Shown one piece after another: positions 7,942 to 17,316 of a DNA stretch of 64,000 nucleotides. The notes beneath the pieces were generated by a model. It searched no databases. It had not been told where the DNA came from and saw nothing but the letters and a program-made list of their open reading frames with translations. The position numbers and the translations under genes are program-made. Source of the stretch: Chloroflexota bacterium (GTDB lineage Bacteria > Chloroflexota > Anaerolineae > VGOG01). The stretch spans positions 1,595 to 65,594 of the forward strand of contig VGOG01000002.1 of NCBI GenBank assembly GCA_016875995.1, written 5' to 3'. Position 1 is the first letter of the stretch. Every line of letters starts with the position of its first letter.

Positions 7942-10377
7942 TTATGCAAGGCTCTCGAACTCCAGTATCCTTTGCACCTCCATCGGGATCACCAGCACCA
8001 CTTCGTTCTCGTGTCCTCCTTCGAAGAGCAGGCCGTGTAGGCGCAGGCGGCCGATAGTTGTCTCTGGCTCATGGTAATACCAGTAGAAGTGATCCCCAAG
8101 GTCGTCCCCGTATTCTCGGCTGACCTCATCGTATGGTACCATCCCACCCCGGTCTAAGACGAAGCGCAACGCTTCCTGCTCCTCACTGGTGAGACCTCTC
8201 CACGCTCTTCCTACCACCTCAGCATCAGCCAGTGACTCGGCCAAGAGGGTGATTAGCTCAGCCTTTCTGATGGCTGCCGGCCGCCTGATATCCAGAGCAC
8301 TGGCCATAGCCACTAAGTCATCCTTGGTGTGGCGCGAAAGGCAGGACAGCAAGTCCGTGCCCTTTAGAGGTTTCTGTCGCTGTCTCTCCCTCCTATGCCG
8401 GACACGTTCCCGCCAGCTAGCGAACATTTCCTCGGAGCCTTTCACTGTCTGCACCATCCACAGACGCCGCCGGGTCTGTTCGTCCTCTGGCTCCATCCCC
8501 AAGATCATCTCCAAGCGTTGCTCAGCCGACTCGTAGTCTCCCTGGGCGATGAACAGTTCGGCGCTGACGCGGTTGTAGAAGAGGAGTTCCTGAGGATGGA
8601 AGGTCTTGAGTTCAGCTACGGGCTTCAAGAGCTCTTCGGCTTCCTCAAGCCTCCCCTGGGTGATACGGGTTGAGGCCAGATTGCAGCGGGCGAAAACGTA
8701 GTCTGGATCTACCTCTAGGGCCTTTTGGAGGAGCTTCTCTGCCTCTTCATGGCGACCTTGTTTGAGATAGACGACGCCCAGGTTTCCGTAGGCTTCCTTG
8801 GCGTTGGGCTCCAGGGTGATCATCTTTTGGTAGAGCTCTTCGGCCTCCTTGTCCTGGCCCGCCTGGAAAGCTGTTATCGCCTCGTCCAAAAGGGTCATTA
8901 CCTCATCGGTGTACTTCAGCTCTCGTTCCTCGGTGATGAGTTGGCGCCGCAGGAACACCTCCCGCCACTGGCCCTTCAGCCAGAGCCCCACCGGCTCGTC
9001 CTCGCTGAAGACCCCTAGCTCTAGCAGGACGGTAGCGGCCATTGCCCTCAGGTCGTCATCGCCCACCTGACTCAGAGCGAAGGCCCGCAGAGCAGCCACA
9101 GCTCGCTCGCTGCCCAACATCCGCAGGATGCCGATCGCCATCTCTTGCTCGTTCTCGCCGCCGTACCACAACATGTCGCTCAGAAGGTCGGCCACGTAGG
9201 GGTACTTGTCACCGAAGCCTCGAATCTTTGGCTCCATTCTTTCCTCCGGCACGGCAGGGGGGCCGAGGCCCTCGACGAAGTCTTCAAAGGCTTTTCTCGG
9301 TATCATGTCTTGCCCAGAGAAGTAAGGGAAGCGGTAGGCTGGAGCCAGCTTCTTGCCCCCTCGTCGTACAAAATCCATATCGTCTTTCAGGCGAAAGGCG
9401 GTGGGATCAAGGCGCAAGGCTTCTTCCCAGTGGGCCAAAGCCTCTCGCTCCTTGCCCAGGTTAGCCGCTGCTGTCCCCAGGAAGTGAAGCATGGTGACAT
9501 TCACTTCAACCCCTGCCTGCTGGGCCTTTTTCACGATGGTGTAGACCCCTCTATCCTCCTCCAGGGCAGCGTAGGCCTCGGCCATCTTGAAGTAGGAGTC
9601 GGCGTCCGTTGGTCCAATCTGTTCCAGGCGTTTCAGGTACGTTTGGGCCTCATCTCTCTCCCCGGATGCACTCAGGAAACGAGCCAGGTTGCTCAGGGCG
9701 TGCACGTTCTGGGGGTCAATGCGCTCCAACACTTCTTTTTCGCTGGCGATGGCCTGGTCCCACTGGCCCAGGGCGAAGTAGGCCAGGGCCAGGTTGTTGC
9801 GGGGCGGGGCCCAGTTTGGCACCAATCGAGCCGCCTCTTTTGAAGCCTTCGCTCCCTCGGCGAAATCCCCCAATTCGTTGGCCATCCGACCTTGCTCCAT
9901 GAGGTAGGATGCGTACTCCATCTTCCTGGGGGCGATGCCACAGATCGCTGCCACCTGCTCGATTCTTCTCGCTGAGTCGGCCATCACGGCCTGTACCTGC
10001 GTGGTGGCTTCTTCATTCAGTTCGTATCCGAGGCATTTGCGGAAGGTCAGCAAGGCGTGGGAGTGGAGGGCAAATCCATAGTAGGCCATCCCCAGGACCA
10101 GCAACACCTCTGGATCCTTGCCGGACAGTCTGGCGGCTATCTCCAGGTGCTGGATTGCCTCCAACAAGTCGCCCAAATCGCCGTAGACGAAGCTCAGCAG
10201 CATGCGGCAGTCCAGATCGCGGGGATACCGCTCCACCAACTCCTCCGCCAGCTCCAGTGCTTCCTCGAGTTTCCCTTCTTCCCAGAGAACGTGGCCCCTT
10301 TCCAGCTCCGCGGTCTTGGGATGGCGCGGCGGGAGGCGTTTTCTTCGTCGCCTGTCTTTGTCTTTTTTCTTAGCCAT
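7942..10377 (-). CDS. tetratricopeptide repeat protein with HEAT-like middle and small helical C-terminal domain
   Basis: Multiple TPR units (e.g. AYGNLGVVYLKQGRHEEAEKLLQKALEVDPD); basic N-terminus. Confidence 0.85.
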   Translation of the reverse strand: MAKKKDKDRRRRKRLPPRHPKTAELERGHVLWEEGKLEEALELAEELVERYPRDLDCRMLLSFVYGDLGDLLEAIQHLEIAARLSGKDPEVLLVLGMAYYGFALHSHALLTFRKCLGYELNEEATTQVQAVMADSARRIEQVAAICGIAPRKMEYASYLMEQGRMANELGDFAEGAKASKEAARLVPNWAPPRNNLALAYFALGQWDQAIASEKEVLERIDPQNVHALSNLARFLSASGERDEAQTYLKRLEQIGPTDADSYFKMAEAYAALEEDRGVYTIVKKAQQAGVEVNVTMLHFLGTAAANLGKEREALAHWEEALRLDPTAFRLKDDMDFVRRGGKKLAPAYRFPYFSGQDMIPRKAFEDFVEGLGPPAVPEERMEPKIRGFGDKYPYVADLLSDMLWYGGENEQEMAIGILRMLGSERAVAALRAFALSQVGDDDLRAMAATVLLELGVFSEDEPVGLWLKGQWREVFLRRQLITEERELKYTDEVMTLLDEAITAFQAGQDKEAEELYQKMITLEPNAKEAYGNLGVVYLKQGRHEEAEKLLQKALEVDPDYVFARCNLASTRITQGRLEEAEELLKPVAELKTFHPQELLFYNRVSAELFIAQGDYESAEQRLEMILGMEPEDEQTRRRLWMVQTVKGSEEMFASWRERVRHRRERQRQKPLKGTDLLSCLSRHTKDDLVAMASALDIRRPAAIRKAELITLLAESLADAEVVGRAWRGLTSEEQEALRFVLDRGGMVPYDEVSREYGDDLGDHFYWYYHEPETTIGRLRLHGLLFEGGHENEVVLVIPMEVQRILEFESLA

Positions 10378-10398
10378 AATCGTGGTTAACCTCCATTC

Positions 10399-10427
10399 CA
10401 GTAATCAGTAAGCTGTGATCAGTAATC
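10399..10427. repeat. 7-bp tandem array (CAGTAAT)
   Basis: CAGTAAT CAGTAAG CTGTGAT CAGTAAT. Confidence 0.6.
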
Positions 10428-10483
10428 TTTGCCACCCAAATTCGAAGTGTTGCATGTTGCACCTCCAAAGTTTGATTCTCGTA

Positions 10484-10518
10484 CAGACCCTGAGGTTCTC
10501 CAAGACCCTTAGGGTCTG
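10484..10518. repeat. REP-like palindrome containing the stop codon of the flavoprotein gene
   Basis: CAGACCCTGAGGTTCT-CCA-AGACCCTTAGGGTCTG. Confidence 0.7.
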
Positions 10519-11774
10519 GCCGCGGACCGGCCAGCCACCCAACCAGTGGAAAAGGCGGCTTGCAGATTGTAGCCGCCGGTGTCGGCGTCCACGTCCAGCA
10601 CCTCGCCGGCGAAGTAGAGACCCTCCACCAGGCGCGAAGCCATGGTACGCGGGTCAACTTCCCGCACGTCCACCCCGCCAGCGGTGATGATGGCCTCGGC
10701 GAAAGAGCGGTGCCCGGTCACCTCCAGGCGAAAGTCTTTCAGCCACGTCCGCAGCCACTGGCGTTCTTGGGATGTGATCTGGTGCGCCACTTTGTCCGCA
10801 GGGATGCCCATCAGGTCTATGCAGACCGGGATCAGCTTGCTGGGGAGCAACCCTTTGAGCAGGGTGCAAAACTGCTGCTTGCCGTGGGCGTCCAGGTCGC
10901 GGAGCAGTCGCGCGTCCAGCTTGCTCTCGTCGAGGGCTGGTTTGAGGTCAATGGACAGGATCACCCTCTGGCCCAGGCGCAGGGCGTCCACCACCTCCTT
11001 GCTCAGGGAGAGGATGATCGGCCCGGAGACGCCAAAGTGGGTGAAGAGCATCTCGCCGAAGGCCTCGGCCTGCTTTTTGCCATTTACCCACACCCGCACG
11101 GTCACGTTGCGCAGGCTCAGGCCCTGCAGCCTGGGGGCCACGTCGCCCGCCGTCTCCAGGGGAACCAGCGCTGGCCGAATGGGCACGATGGTATGCCCCA
11201 CCGCCTGGACCAGCCGATAGCCGTCCCCCGTTGACCCGGTGGCCGGGTAAGACGCCCCGCCCGTGGCCACGATCACCGCCTCAGCGCGATAGAAACCAGG
11301 TTTTTTGGGAAAAACCTGGTTTCTGGACACCTCCACCCCAACCACCCGCCCTTCCTCGACCAGCAACCGCTCCACTGGTGAGTGGGTGCGCAGGGTCACG
11401 CCGCGCTCGCCAACCCATTGCATCAACGCATCCACCACGTCCTGGGCCTGACCGCTGGCCGGGAAAACCCGTCCCCCTCGCTCGGTCACGGTGCGCACTC
11501 CCAGCCCTTCAAAAAACGCCACCAGGTCGGAGGTGAAGAACTGGGAAAAAGCCTGGCGAAGGAAACGACCGTTCGGCCCGAAGTGCGCGATAAACTCGGA
11601 CACGGGAGCCACGTTGGTCAGGTTGCAGCGCCCCTTGCCGGCGATGCGCAGCTTGCGCCCGGGGCGGTCCATCTTTTCCAGGAGCAGCGTTTCGGCGCCC
11701 ATTTGGGCGGCCTGCCCGGCAGCCATCAAGCCCGCTGCTCCTCCTCCGACCACGATCACCCGACGCCCTGTCAT
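10509..11774 (-). CDS. HI0933/BaiN family NAD(P)/FAD-dependent flavoprotein
   Basis: VVGGGAAG, GKGRCNLTN, ATGGASYPATGSTGDG, FTHFGVSGP, TGGYNLQAAFSTG; carries in-frame palindrome at 11291-11324. Confidence 0.92.
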   Translation of the reverse strand: MTGRRVIVVGGGAAGLMAAGQAAQMGAETLLLEKMDRPGRKLRIAGKGRCNLTNVAPVSEFIAHFGPNGRFLRQAFSQFFTSDLVAFFEGLGVRTVTERGGRVFPASGQAQDVVDALMQWVGERGVTLRTHSPVERLLVEEGRVVGVEVSRNQVFPKKPGFYRAEAVIVATGGASYPATGSTGDGYRLVQAVGHTIVPIRPALVPLETAGDVAPRLQGLSLRNVTVRVWVNGKKQAEAFGEMLFTHFGVSGPIILSLSKEVVDALRLGQRVILSIDLKPALDESKLDARLLRDLDAHGKQQFCTLLKGLLPSKLIPVCIDLMGIPADKVAHQITSQERQWLRTWLKDFRLEVTGHRSFAEAIITAGGVDVREVDPRTMASRLVEGLYFAGEVLDVDADTGGYNLQAAFSTGWVAGRSAARP

Positions 11775-11781
11775 ACATTCC

Positions 11782-12990
11782 CTATCCCCGCTTGTAGGCC
11801 ACCTGGCCGTCCACCAATACCAACTCGGCCACGGTGCGGTAGTCGAAGGGGTGTCCGCTGAACACGACAAGGTCGGCGTCCTTGCCCACCTCCAGGCTGC
11901 CCACCCGGTCGGCCACGCCGATGATCTCGGCGGGGTTGATGGTGATGGCTTTCAATGCCTCTTCTTCCGACATCCCCTCACGCACGGCCAGCGCGGCGTT
12001 GATGGTCAGGTATTTGACCGCCGACATCTCGTCGGTTTGGATGGCTATCTTGACGCCTGCTTTGGCCATCAGGCCGGGGTTCCTGGGCGTCATGTCCTTC
12101 AGCTCATACTTCTCGCGAGAGAAGAAGATTGGCCCGGCGGTGACGGGAATTCCCTTCTCGGCCAGGACGTCGCCGATTTTGTAGCCCTCGGTGGCGTGTT
12201 CCAGCGTCAGGTCCAGGTTGAACTCTTCGGCGATGCGAATTGCAGTGAGCATGTCGTCGGCGCGGTGGGCGTGGACGCGGGCCTTCATCTCGCGGCGCAG
12301 CACTTTGCCCAGAGCTTCCAATTGTAGATCGCGCTCCGGCTGTTTGGGCTCCTCCGCATCCTCGTCCTTCGCCTCGACCTTGGCCCGATAGTCAGCCAGG
12401 TCCGCTTCGTAGCGGCGCCACTTTTCCAGGTAGTTCTGGGCGTCCACCAGCGCGGTACGCAAGGTGGCCGCATTCCCCATCCGCGTGGAAGGCGCTTTCT
12501 TCTGCTCGCCGTAGACCCGCTTGGGATTCTCGCCCAGGGCCATTTTCATGCCCGCCGGCTCCAGCAGCACCATCTGCTCCACGCGCGGCTTGGGTACGGT
12601 CTTGAGGCACACCCACTGCCCGCCGATGAGGTTGCCGCTGCCGGGGCCGGTGAGCACCGTGGTCACGCCGGCGGCTACCAGTTCTTTGAATGCCGGGTCT
12701 TCGGGATGTACGGCGTCCAGCGCCCGCAGGTGCGGCGTGATGGGGTCGGTCATCTCGTTGCCGTCGGAGTGCTCCCAGCCGATGCCGTCGGGAAATAGCC
12801 CCACGTGGCAATGGGCGTCAATCAGGCCGGGCATCACCACCTTGCCCGTTGCGTCGTACACTTCAGCGCCCTCTGGGACTTCAACCTCCTCTCCCACAGC
12901 CACGATGCGCCCGTCCTCGACCAGCACCGTCCCGTGTTCCAACGTGCCCTGGGTGATGGTCATCACTTTGCCATTGGTAATGGCGATCAT
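11782..12990 (-). CDS. metal-dependent amidohydrolase
   Basis: PGLIDAHCH, KMALGENPKR, HAHRADD, GSLEVGKDADLV; start ATG 12990 after GAGGAGG. Confidence 0.9.
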   Translation of the reverse strand: MIAITNGKVMTITQGTLEHGTVLVEDGRIVAVGEEVEVPEGAEVYDATGKVVMPGLIDAHCHVGLFPDGIGWEHSDGNEMTDPITPHLRALDAVHPEDPAFKELVAAGVTTVLTGPGSGNLIGGQWVCLKTVPKPRVEQMVLLEPAGMKMALGENPKRVYGEQKKAPSTRMGNAATLRTALVDAQNYLEKWRRYEADLADYRAKVEAKDEDAEEPKQPERDLQLEALGKVLRREMKARVHAHRADDMLTAIRIAEEFNLDLTLEHATEGYKIGDVLAEKGIPVTAGPIFFSREKYELKDMTPRNPGLMAKAGVKIAIQTDEMSAVKYLTINAALAVREGMSEEEALKAITINPAEIIGVADRVGSLEVGKDADLVVFSGHPFDYRTVAELVLVDGQVAYKRG

Positions 12991-13020
12991 TTGATTATCC
13001 TCCTCGTTTTGTGAGTGTTG

Positions 13021-13053
13021 AGGTGCCAGGCACTTCCTAAGTGCCTGGCACCT
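13021..13053. repeat. REP-like palindrome
   Basis: AGGTGCCAGGCACTT-CCT-AAGTGCCTGGCACCT, perfect 15-bp arms. Confidence 0.75.
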
Positions 13054-13157
13054 TGAATTTGCGGTCTGGTTGTTTGATGACGTCTGTCCTACTGCGGCGG
13101 TATGTCGGCAACATTGGCTGGGCCAGGGAGGCTGATAACTGGTGTCGTATGGGTATC

Positions 13158-13529
13158 TCATGGGCCAGGCATCTCCATGCGAAAGCTGTGACGGACCAGA
13201 AGCCGCTCGGCGACGTCTTCGACCAGCGTTATCATCACAGGCGTACGCCCGAATTGCTGGCGTATGCGTTGGTGCAGTGCCTGGAAGTCGGAATCGTGAT
13301 CTACCACCTGGCCGTTGTGCATGGCGATGTATTGACCCAGGTACAGGGCCTTTATTTCGGCGTGTCGCTGACGGTAGATCTTACTTTCCTCGGAGATTTT
13401 GCGACGATCCAGTTCCCAAAGGTAACGACGGATGGCTTCGTTGAGTATTTCGCCCAAGTCGGCTTTGTGCTCCAGGGAGGCTTCTTTGACACGCTGATAC
13501 AATTCAGGTGCAACAGCTATCGTTGGCAT
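13158..13529 (-). CDS. RHH-like plus DUF5678-like small protein
   Basis: YLGQYIAMHNGQVVDHDSD motif; N-terminal ribbon-helix-helix-like segment; ATG 13529 after AGGAG. Confidence 0.7.
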   Translation of the reverse strand: MPTIAVAPELYQRVKEASLEHKADLGEILNEAIRRYLWELDRRKISEESKIYRQRHAEIKALYLGQYIAMHNGQVVDHDSDFQALHQRIRQQFGRTPVMITLVEDVAERLLVRHSFRMEMPGP

Positions 13530-13596
13530 ACTCCTACTCCTTTCTAGTAGTCCATCACATTGATTTTGATACTTGGGGCAACGGCCTTTCGGCAGC

Positions 13597-13655
13597 GGAG
13601 TCCTGAACTTGTTCGGGTTCATTGCGTGCCACACCCCCAACAAGTTGGGGACTCC
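13597..13655. repeat. REP-like palindrome
   Basis: GGAGTCCTGAACTTGTTCGGG...CCCCAACAAGTTGGGGACTCC. Confidence 0.65.
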
Positions 13656-13726
13656 GTCGCTTGGAAGTCGTAACTGCGAACTTATCACAATCAGCGTGAT
13701 GGGGTGCTAGTGCGTGGTCATCATTG

Positions 13727-14344
13727 TTATTCTTCTGTGATAGTGATCTTCTCTATCACGTCACCCACGGCGATGGACTTGACTACGTCCATACCCTCGG
13801 TCACGTGACCGAAGGCCGTGTACCCTCCGTCCAGGAAAGGCGTCGGGGCCAGGGTGATGTAGAACTGGCTGCCACTGGAGGCACGAGTAGGGTTCACCTC
13901 ATCGGCTCGCCGGGCCATGGCGATGGCCCCCTCGACGTGAGGCAACTGGATCTCCGCCGGTACGGTGTAGCCTGGGCCACCGCCCCCGGTGCCCGTCGGA
14001 TCGCCGCCCTGGATGACGAAGCCAGGCTCCACGCGGTGGAAGGTCAGGTTGTCGTAGAAGCCCTGTCTCGCCAGGAAGACGAAGTTATTGACGGTGAGCG
14101 GGGCGGCATTGGCGTCGAGCTGGACGACGATGTCGCCCTTGGCCGTGGAGATGGTGGCGACGTAGGTCTTGCTGGGGTCAATCTGCATCTCCGGCGGCTG
14201 GCTGTACATGTCGTTGCGGTCGGCTGGATTGGTCGGCATGGCCGGTTTGGCCGGTGTGCAGCTAAGAACCACCGCAGTCAGCAAGAGGACTGCAGCGATG
14301 CTGCCGAGCCGGTGCTTGTTAGTCTGTTTGCTTTTCTTGAACAT
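13727..14344 (-). CDS. cyclophilin-type peptidyl-prolyl isomerase, lipoprotein
   Basis: FHRVEPGFVIQGGDP, GSQFYI, YTAFG; lipobox VLSC. Confidence 0.93.
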   Translation of the reverse strand: MFKKSKQTNKHRLGSIAAVLLLTAVVLSCTPAKPAMPTNPADRNDMYSQPPEMQIDPSKTYVATISTAKGDIVVQLDANAAPLTVNNFVFLARQGFYDNLTFHRVEPGFVIQGGDPTGTGGGGPGYTVPAEIQLPHVEGAIAMARRADEVNPTRASSGSQFYITLAPTPFLDGGYTAFGHVTEGMDVVKSIAVGDVIEKITITEE

Positions 14345-14393
14345 AACATCTCCTTTCTCGATGGCTGTTCTAGTGGCATGTATTTGGGTCTAC

Positions 14394-15143
14394 CTACTTT
14401 TTCATCACGAACCATACCCGCCCACTATCTGGCTTGGGTTCGCTCATCTCTTCCAGGCTCCCCCAGCAGGCGAGTTCCTGGAAGCCTGCTTTCCTCAGGC
14501 ACTGCCTGATCTCTTCCAGGGTGTACCCACGTTCCCTATGCTCTTCGTCCATGCGACTCCACCTATTCCCCTCCCTCGCGAAACCCGTTATTCTCATTGT
14601 CGCCAGATTATTGGCGAAATCATAGCTTGTGCGGTGGATTTCAAACAACTCCGGGGTATCCTGTTGAACATAGCAAGGGTATCTCTGCCAGTTGACGGCC
14701 AGGCCGTAGATGGTGTTCATGTCGAAGACGAACAACCCTGTTTTCTTCAGCGCCCGGTACACGCCTGCAAAGGTATTTTGCAGATCCCAAAGCTCCAGGA
14801 GATAGTTCAGGCTGTCAAACCAGCAGGTCACCAGGTCGAAGCTCTCCTCAAAGGGCAGGGATCGCATGTCCTGAAGGAGAAGCTCTACCTTCACGTTCTC
14901 TCGTTCAGCCCGTGCTCTGGCAAGCTGCAGCATCTGGGGAGACAGATCAACACCTGTCACTTGAAACCCTCTCCTGGCCATGGCCACGGCGAACGTCCCT
15001 TCGCCGCAGGCGATGTCCAACATGGTCCGTGGTTTCGCCTCGAATCGTTCCAGTACCGCAGGCAGCAGCTCTGCCATCCTCTCGCTAAATTGAAGGTATG
15101 GCCCTTGGGCATAGAAGTAGGCGAATTCGTCATAGATGCTCAT
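14394..15143 (-). CDS. class I SAM-dependent methyltransferase
   Basis: LDIACGEG, GVDLSPQML, FDSLNYL, FVFDMNT. Confidence 0.9.
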   Translation of the reverse strand: MSIYDEFAYFYAQGPYLQFSERMAELLPAVLERFEAKPRTMLDIACGEGTFAVAMARRGFQVTGVDLSPQMLQLARARAERENVKVELLLQDMRSLPFEESFDLVTCWFDSLNYLLELWDLQNTFAGVYRALKKTGLFVFDMNTIYGLAVNWQRYPCYVQQDTPELFEIHRTSYDFANNLATMRITGFAREGNRWSRMDEEHRERGYTLEEIRQCLRKAGFQELACWGSLEEMSEPKPDSGRVWFVMKK

Positions 15144-16065
15144 CGGCAAACAGTACCTTTCTCAACTCCCTCAGCCTCTCCACCCCCTTCACCTCGTGAG
15201 GAAAGAGGGGAAGGATGATGATTTCCATGCTTGGTCCGTATTCGGCGGTCAACAGGTTGATGTACGGGGCTTGCATCTCTGCTCTGGCCCGATGGAACTC
15301 GCAGTCGGGGGTCTCGATGACGTTGTTGATGATCAGGTAGTGGATGGGAAGGCCGTATCTCTCGAATTCCCGGACCAGCCTCCTGGCCTGGTACACCCCC
15401 AGGGCCTCAGGGATGGTGACCAGGATGAATTCCGTGTTGTCCGGGTTCCTCATGAAGTCGGTCACCTCTCTGGCCAGAGCTTTCCAGTTGTCTATCAGCT
15501 CGAGGAAGGGGACCTTTTTGAGCTGGAAGGTATCGCGAACCTCGAAGTAGAACTTGGGGGCCATGCGCAGGTGCTGCAGGAATTTATACGGCAGGTCCAG
15601 GAGGCGCAAAGTGTCCCCCGCTGGGGCGGTGTCCCAGACGATGAGGTCGTAGCGCCCATCCCTGACCCGCTCCAGGATGTAGTCCAACACGAACTCTTCC
15701 TGGATGCCCGGCGCGATGGCGACGTAATCTATGACCTCGTCGTACTCCATGTCTATCAGAGAAGAAGCGGCCTCGTACACCTCCGGCCCGAACTTCTCCT
15801 TCCATCTCCTCATCACCTCGTCGGGGGATATCTCCAGCGCGTAGAGGTTTTCCACGTCGTTTACTGGCGTTTCCACTGCCCCGACCTCCATCTCGAAGAT
15901 GTCCGACAGGGAGGGGGTGAGGTCGCTGGAGATGATCAGCGTCCTTCTGCCCAGCGAGGCGTAGTGGAGGGCTGCCGTAGCCGAACAGGTTGTCTTGCCT
16001 ACTCCTCCCTTCCCTCCGAACATGAGGACGCGCTTGTTGGTGTGATCCAGTGCTGAAATTGACAT
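15130..16065 (-). CDS. ArsA/Get3 family ATPase (single domain)
   Basis: GKGGVGKTT, SLSD, DTAP.G..LRLL. Confidence 0.9.
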   Translation of the reverse strand: MSISALDHTNKRVLMFGGKGGVGKTTCSATAALHYASLGRRTLIISSDLTPSLSDIFEMEVGAVETPVNDVENLYALEISPDEVMRRWKEKFGPEVYEAASSLIDMEYDEVIDYVAIAPGIQEEFVLDYILERVRDGRYDLIVWDTAPAGDTLRLLDLPYKFLQHLRMAPKFYFEVRDTFQLKKVPFLELIDNWKALAREVTDFMRNPDNTEFILVTIPEALGVYQARRLVREFERYGLPIHYLIINNVIETPDCEFHRARAEMQAPYINLLTAEYGPSMEIIILPLFPHEVKGVERLRELRKVLFADEHL

Positions 16066-16218
16066 TTATTTCGCTAACTCCTCTCCGTTATCGTGGGTTA
16101 TAATTGACTGGGGAGTGCAGGCGCAAGCCTGCCAGGAGCGGACTTGCGTCCGCACTCCTCAATTAACTGGCTTTGGGCCTGATTTTACCATACATTGCCC
16201 CAAATCGCAATAAGCGCT

Positions 16219-16321
16219 CGTGATGCGTAATGCGTGAAACGTGACACGTTACGTGATGGTGACTCACGTTCCACGTCTTCACGTTTCACGTTTGACGTTT
16301 CACGTTTGACGTTTCACGCTT
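16219..16321. repeat. 7-bp inverted-tandem array (CGTGAAA then CACGTTT)
   Basis: About 5 forward units followed by about 8 reverse-complement units. Confidence 0.9.
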
Positions 16322-16371
16322 CGCCTTGCCCAATAGCTCAAAATGTGATACAATCCCTGATGGGAGGAGCC

Positions 16372-17316
16372 ATGGAAAGATTGGTCTTCATGGGCACGCC
16401 AGATTTTGCAGTGCCCGTGTTGAAGGCGCTGATCGGACGATACGAGATCGTGGGTGTGGTCGCCCGGCCCGACCAACGGGTGGGACGAGGTCACAGGGTA
16501 GAGCCCCCACCGGTAAAGATTGTGGCTATGGTCCACGATTTGCCAGTGCTGCAGCCGCCCCGCCTGCGCCAGCCCGAGGTGGTGGCCGAGCTTAGGGCCC
16601 TGGCGCCCGAGGTGATGGTGGTAGCAGCTTATGGCCAGATACTGCCGGCCGAGGTGCTGGCCATCCCCCCCAGGGGGTGCCTCAACGTCCACGCCTCGCT
16701 CCTGCCCAGGTACCGGGGAGCGGCCCCCATCGCCGCCGCCATCCTGGCCGGTGAGGAGGAAACTGGCGTAACCATTATGCTGATGGACGAGGGGATGGAC
16801 AGCGGGCCTATCCTGTCCCAAGCCACCTGTTCCATATCGCCCCAGGATACGCGGGAGTCGCTGACCGCTAAGTTGGCTCAGTTGGGGGCCGACCTGCTGA
16901 TGGATACTTTGCCCCGCTGGCTGGCCGGGGCCATCGAGCCTCAGCCTCAGGACCACCGCCAGGCCACCTACAGCCGCATCATTGCCAAGCAGGACGGCCT
17001 GATAGATTGGACTCAACCGGCGGTCGAGATCTGGCGGCGTTGCCGGGCTTACTATTCCTGGCCCGGCAGCTACACGTATTGGCGAGGCAAGGTACTCAAG
17101 GTGCTCAGAGCCCAGGCGTTGCCCCACTGGTCGGGCGGGGGGGAGCCAGGGCAGGTGATGGCTCTGGACGAGGGCCTGGCTGTTGCCACTGGAGAGGGAG
17201 CCCTGCTTCTGGATGAGGTACAGTTGGCGGGGAAAAGGGCCTTGGATGCCGAAGACTTCGCCAGAGGGCAGAGGGATTTCGTGGGCTCGGTGTTGGGTCG
17301 AGGAGGTTATAGATGA
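16372..17316 (+). CDS. fmt: methionyl-tRNA formyltransferase
   Basis: FMGTPDFA, VAAYGQIL, NVHASLLPRYRGAAP; ATG after GGAGGAG. Confidence 0.95.
   Translation: MERLVFMGTPDFAVPVLKALIGRYEIVGVVARPDQRVGRGHRVEPPPVKIVAMVHDLPVLQPPRLRQPEVVAELRALAPEVMVVAAYGQILPAEVLAIPPRGCLNVHASLLPRYRGAAPIAAAILAGEEETGVTIMLMDEGMDSGPILSQATCSISPQDTRESLTAKLAQLGADLLMDTLPRWLAGAIEPQPQDHRQATYSRIIAKQDGLIDWTQPAVEIWRRCRAYYSWPGSYTYWRGKVLKVLRAQALPHWSGGGEPGQVMALDEGLAVATGEGALLLDEVQLAGKRALDAEDFARGQRDFVGSVLGRGGYR

Noticed and set aside
16234-16371. N-terminal extensions from the ORF track (fmt, also dhaK, pfpI, amidohydrolase, glnA)
   Set aside because: They translate repeats or leaders; downstream starts have good RBSs and match family N-termini.
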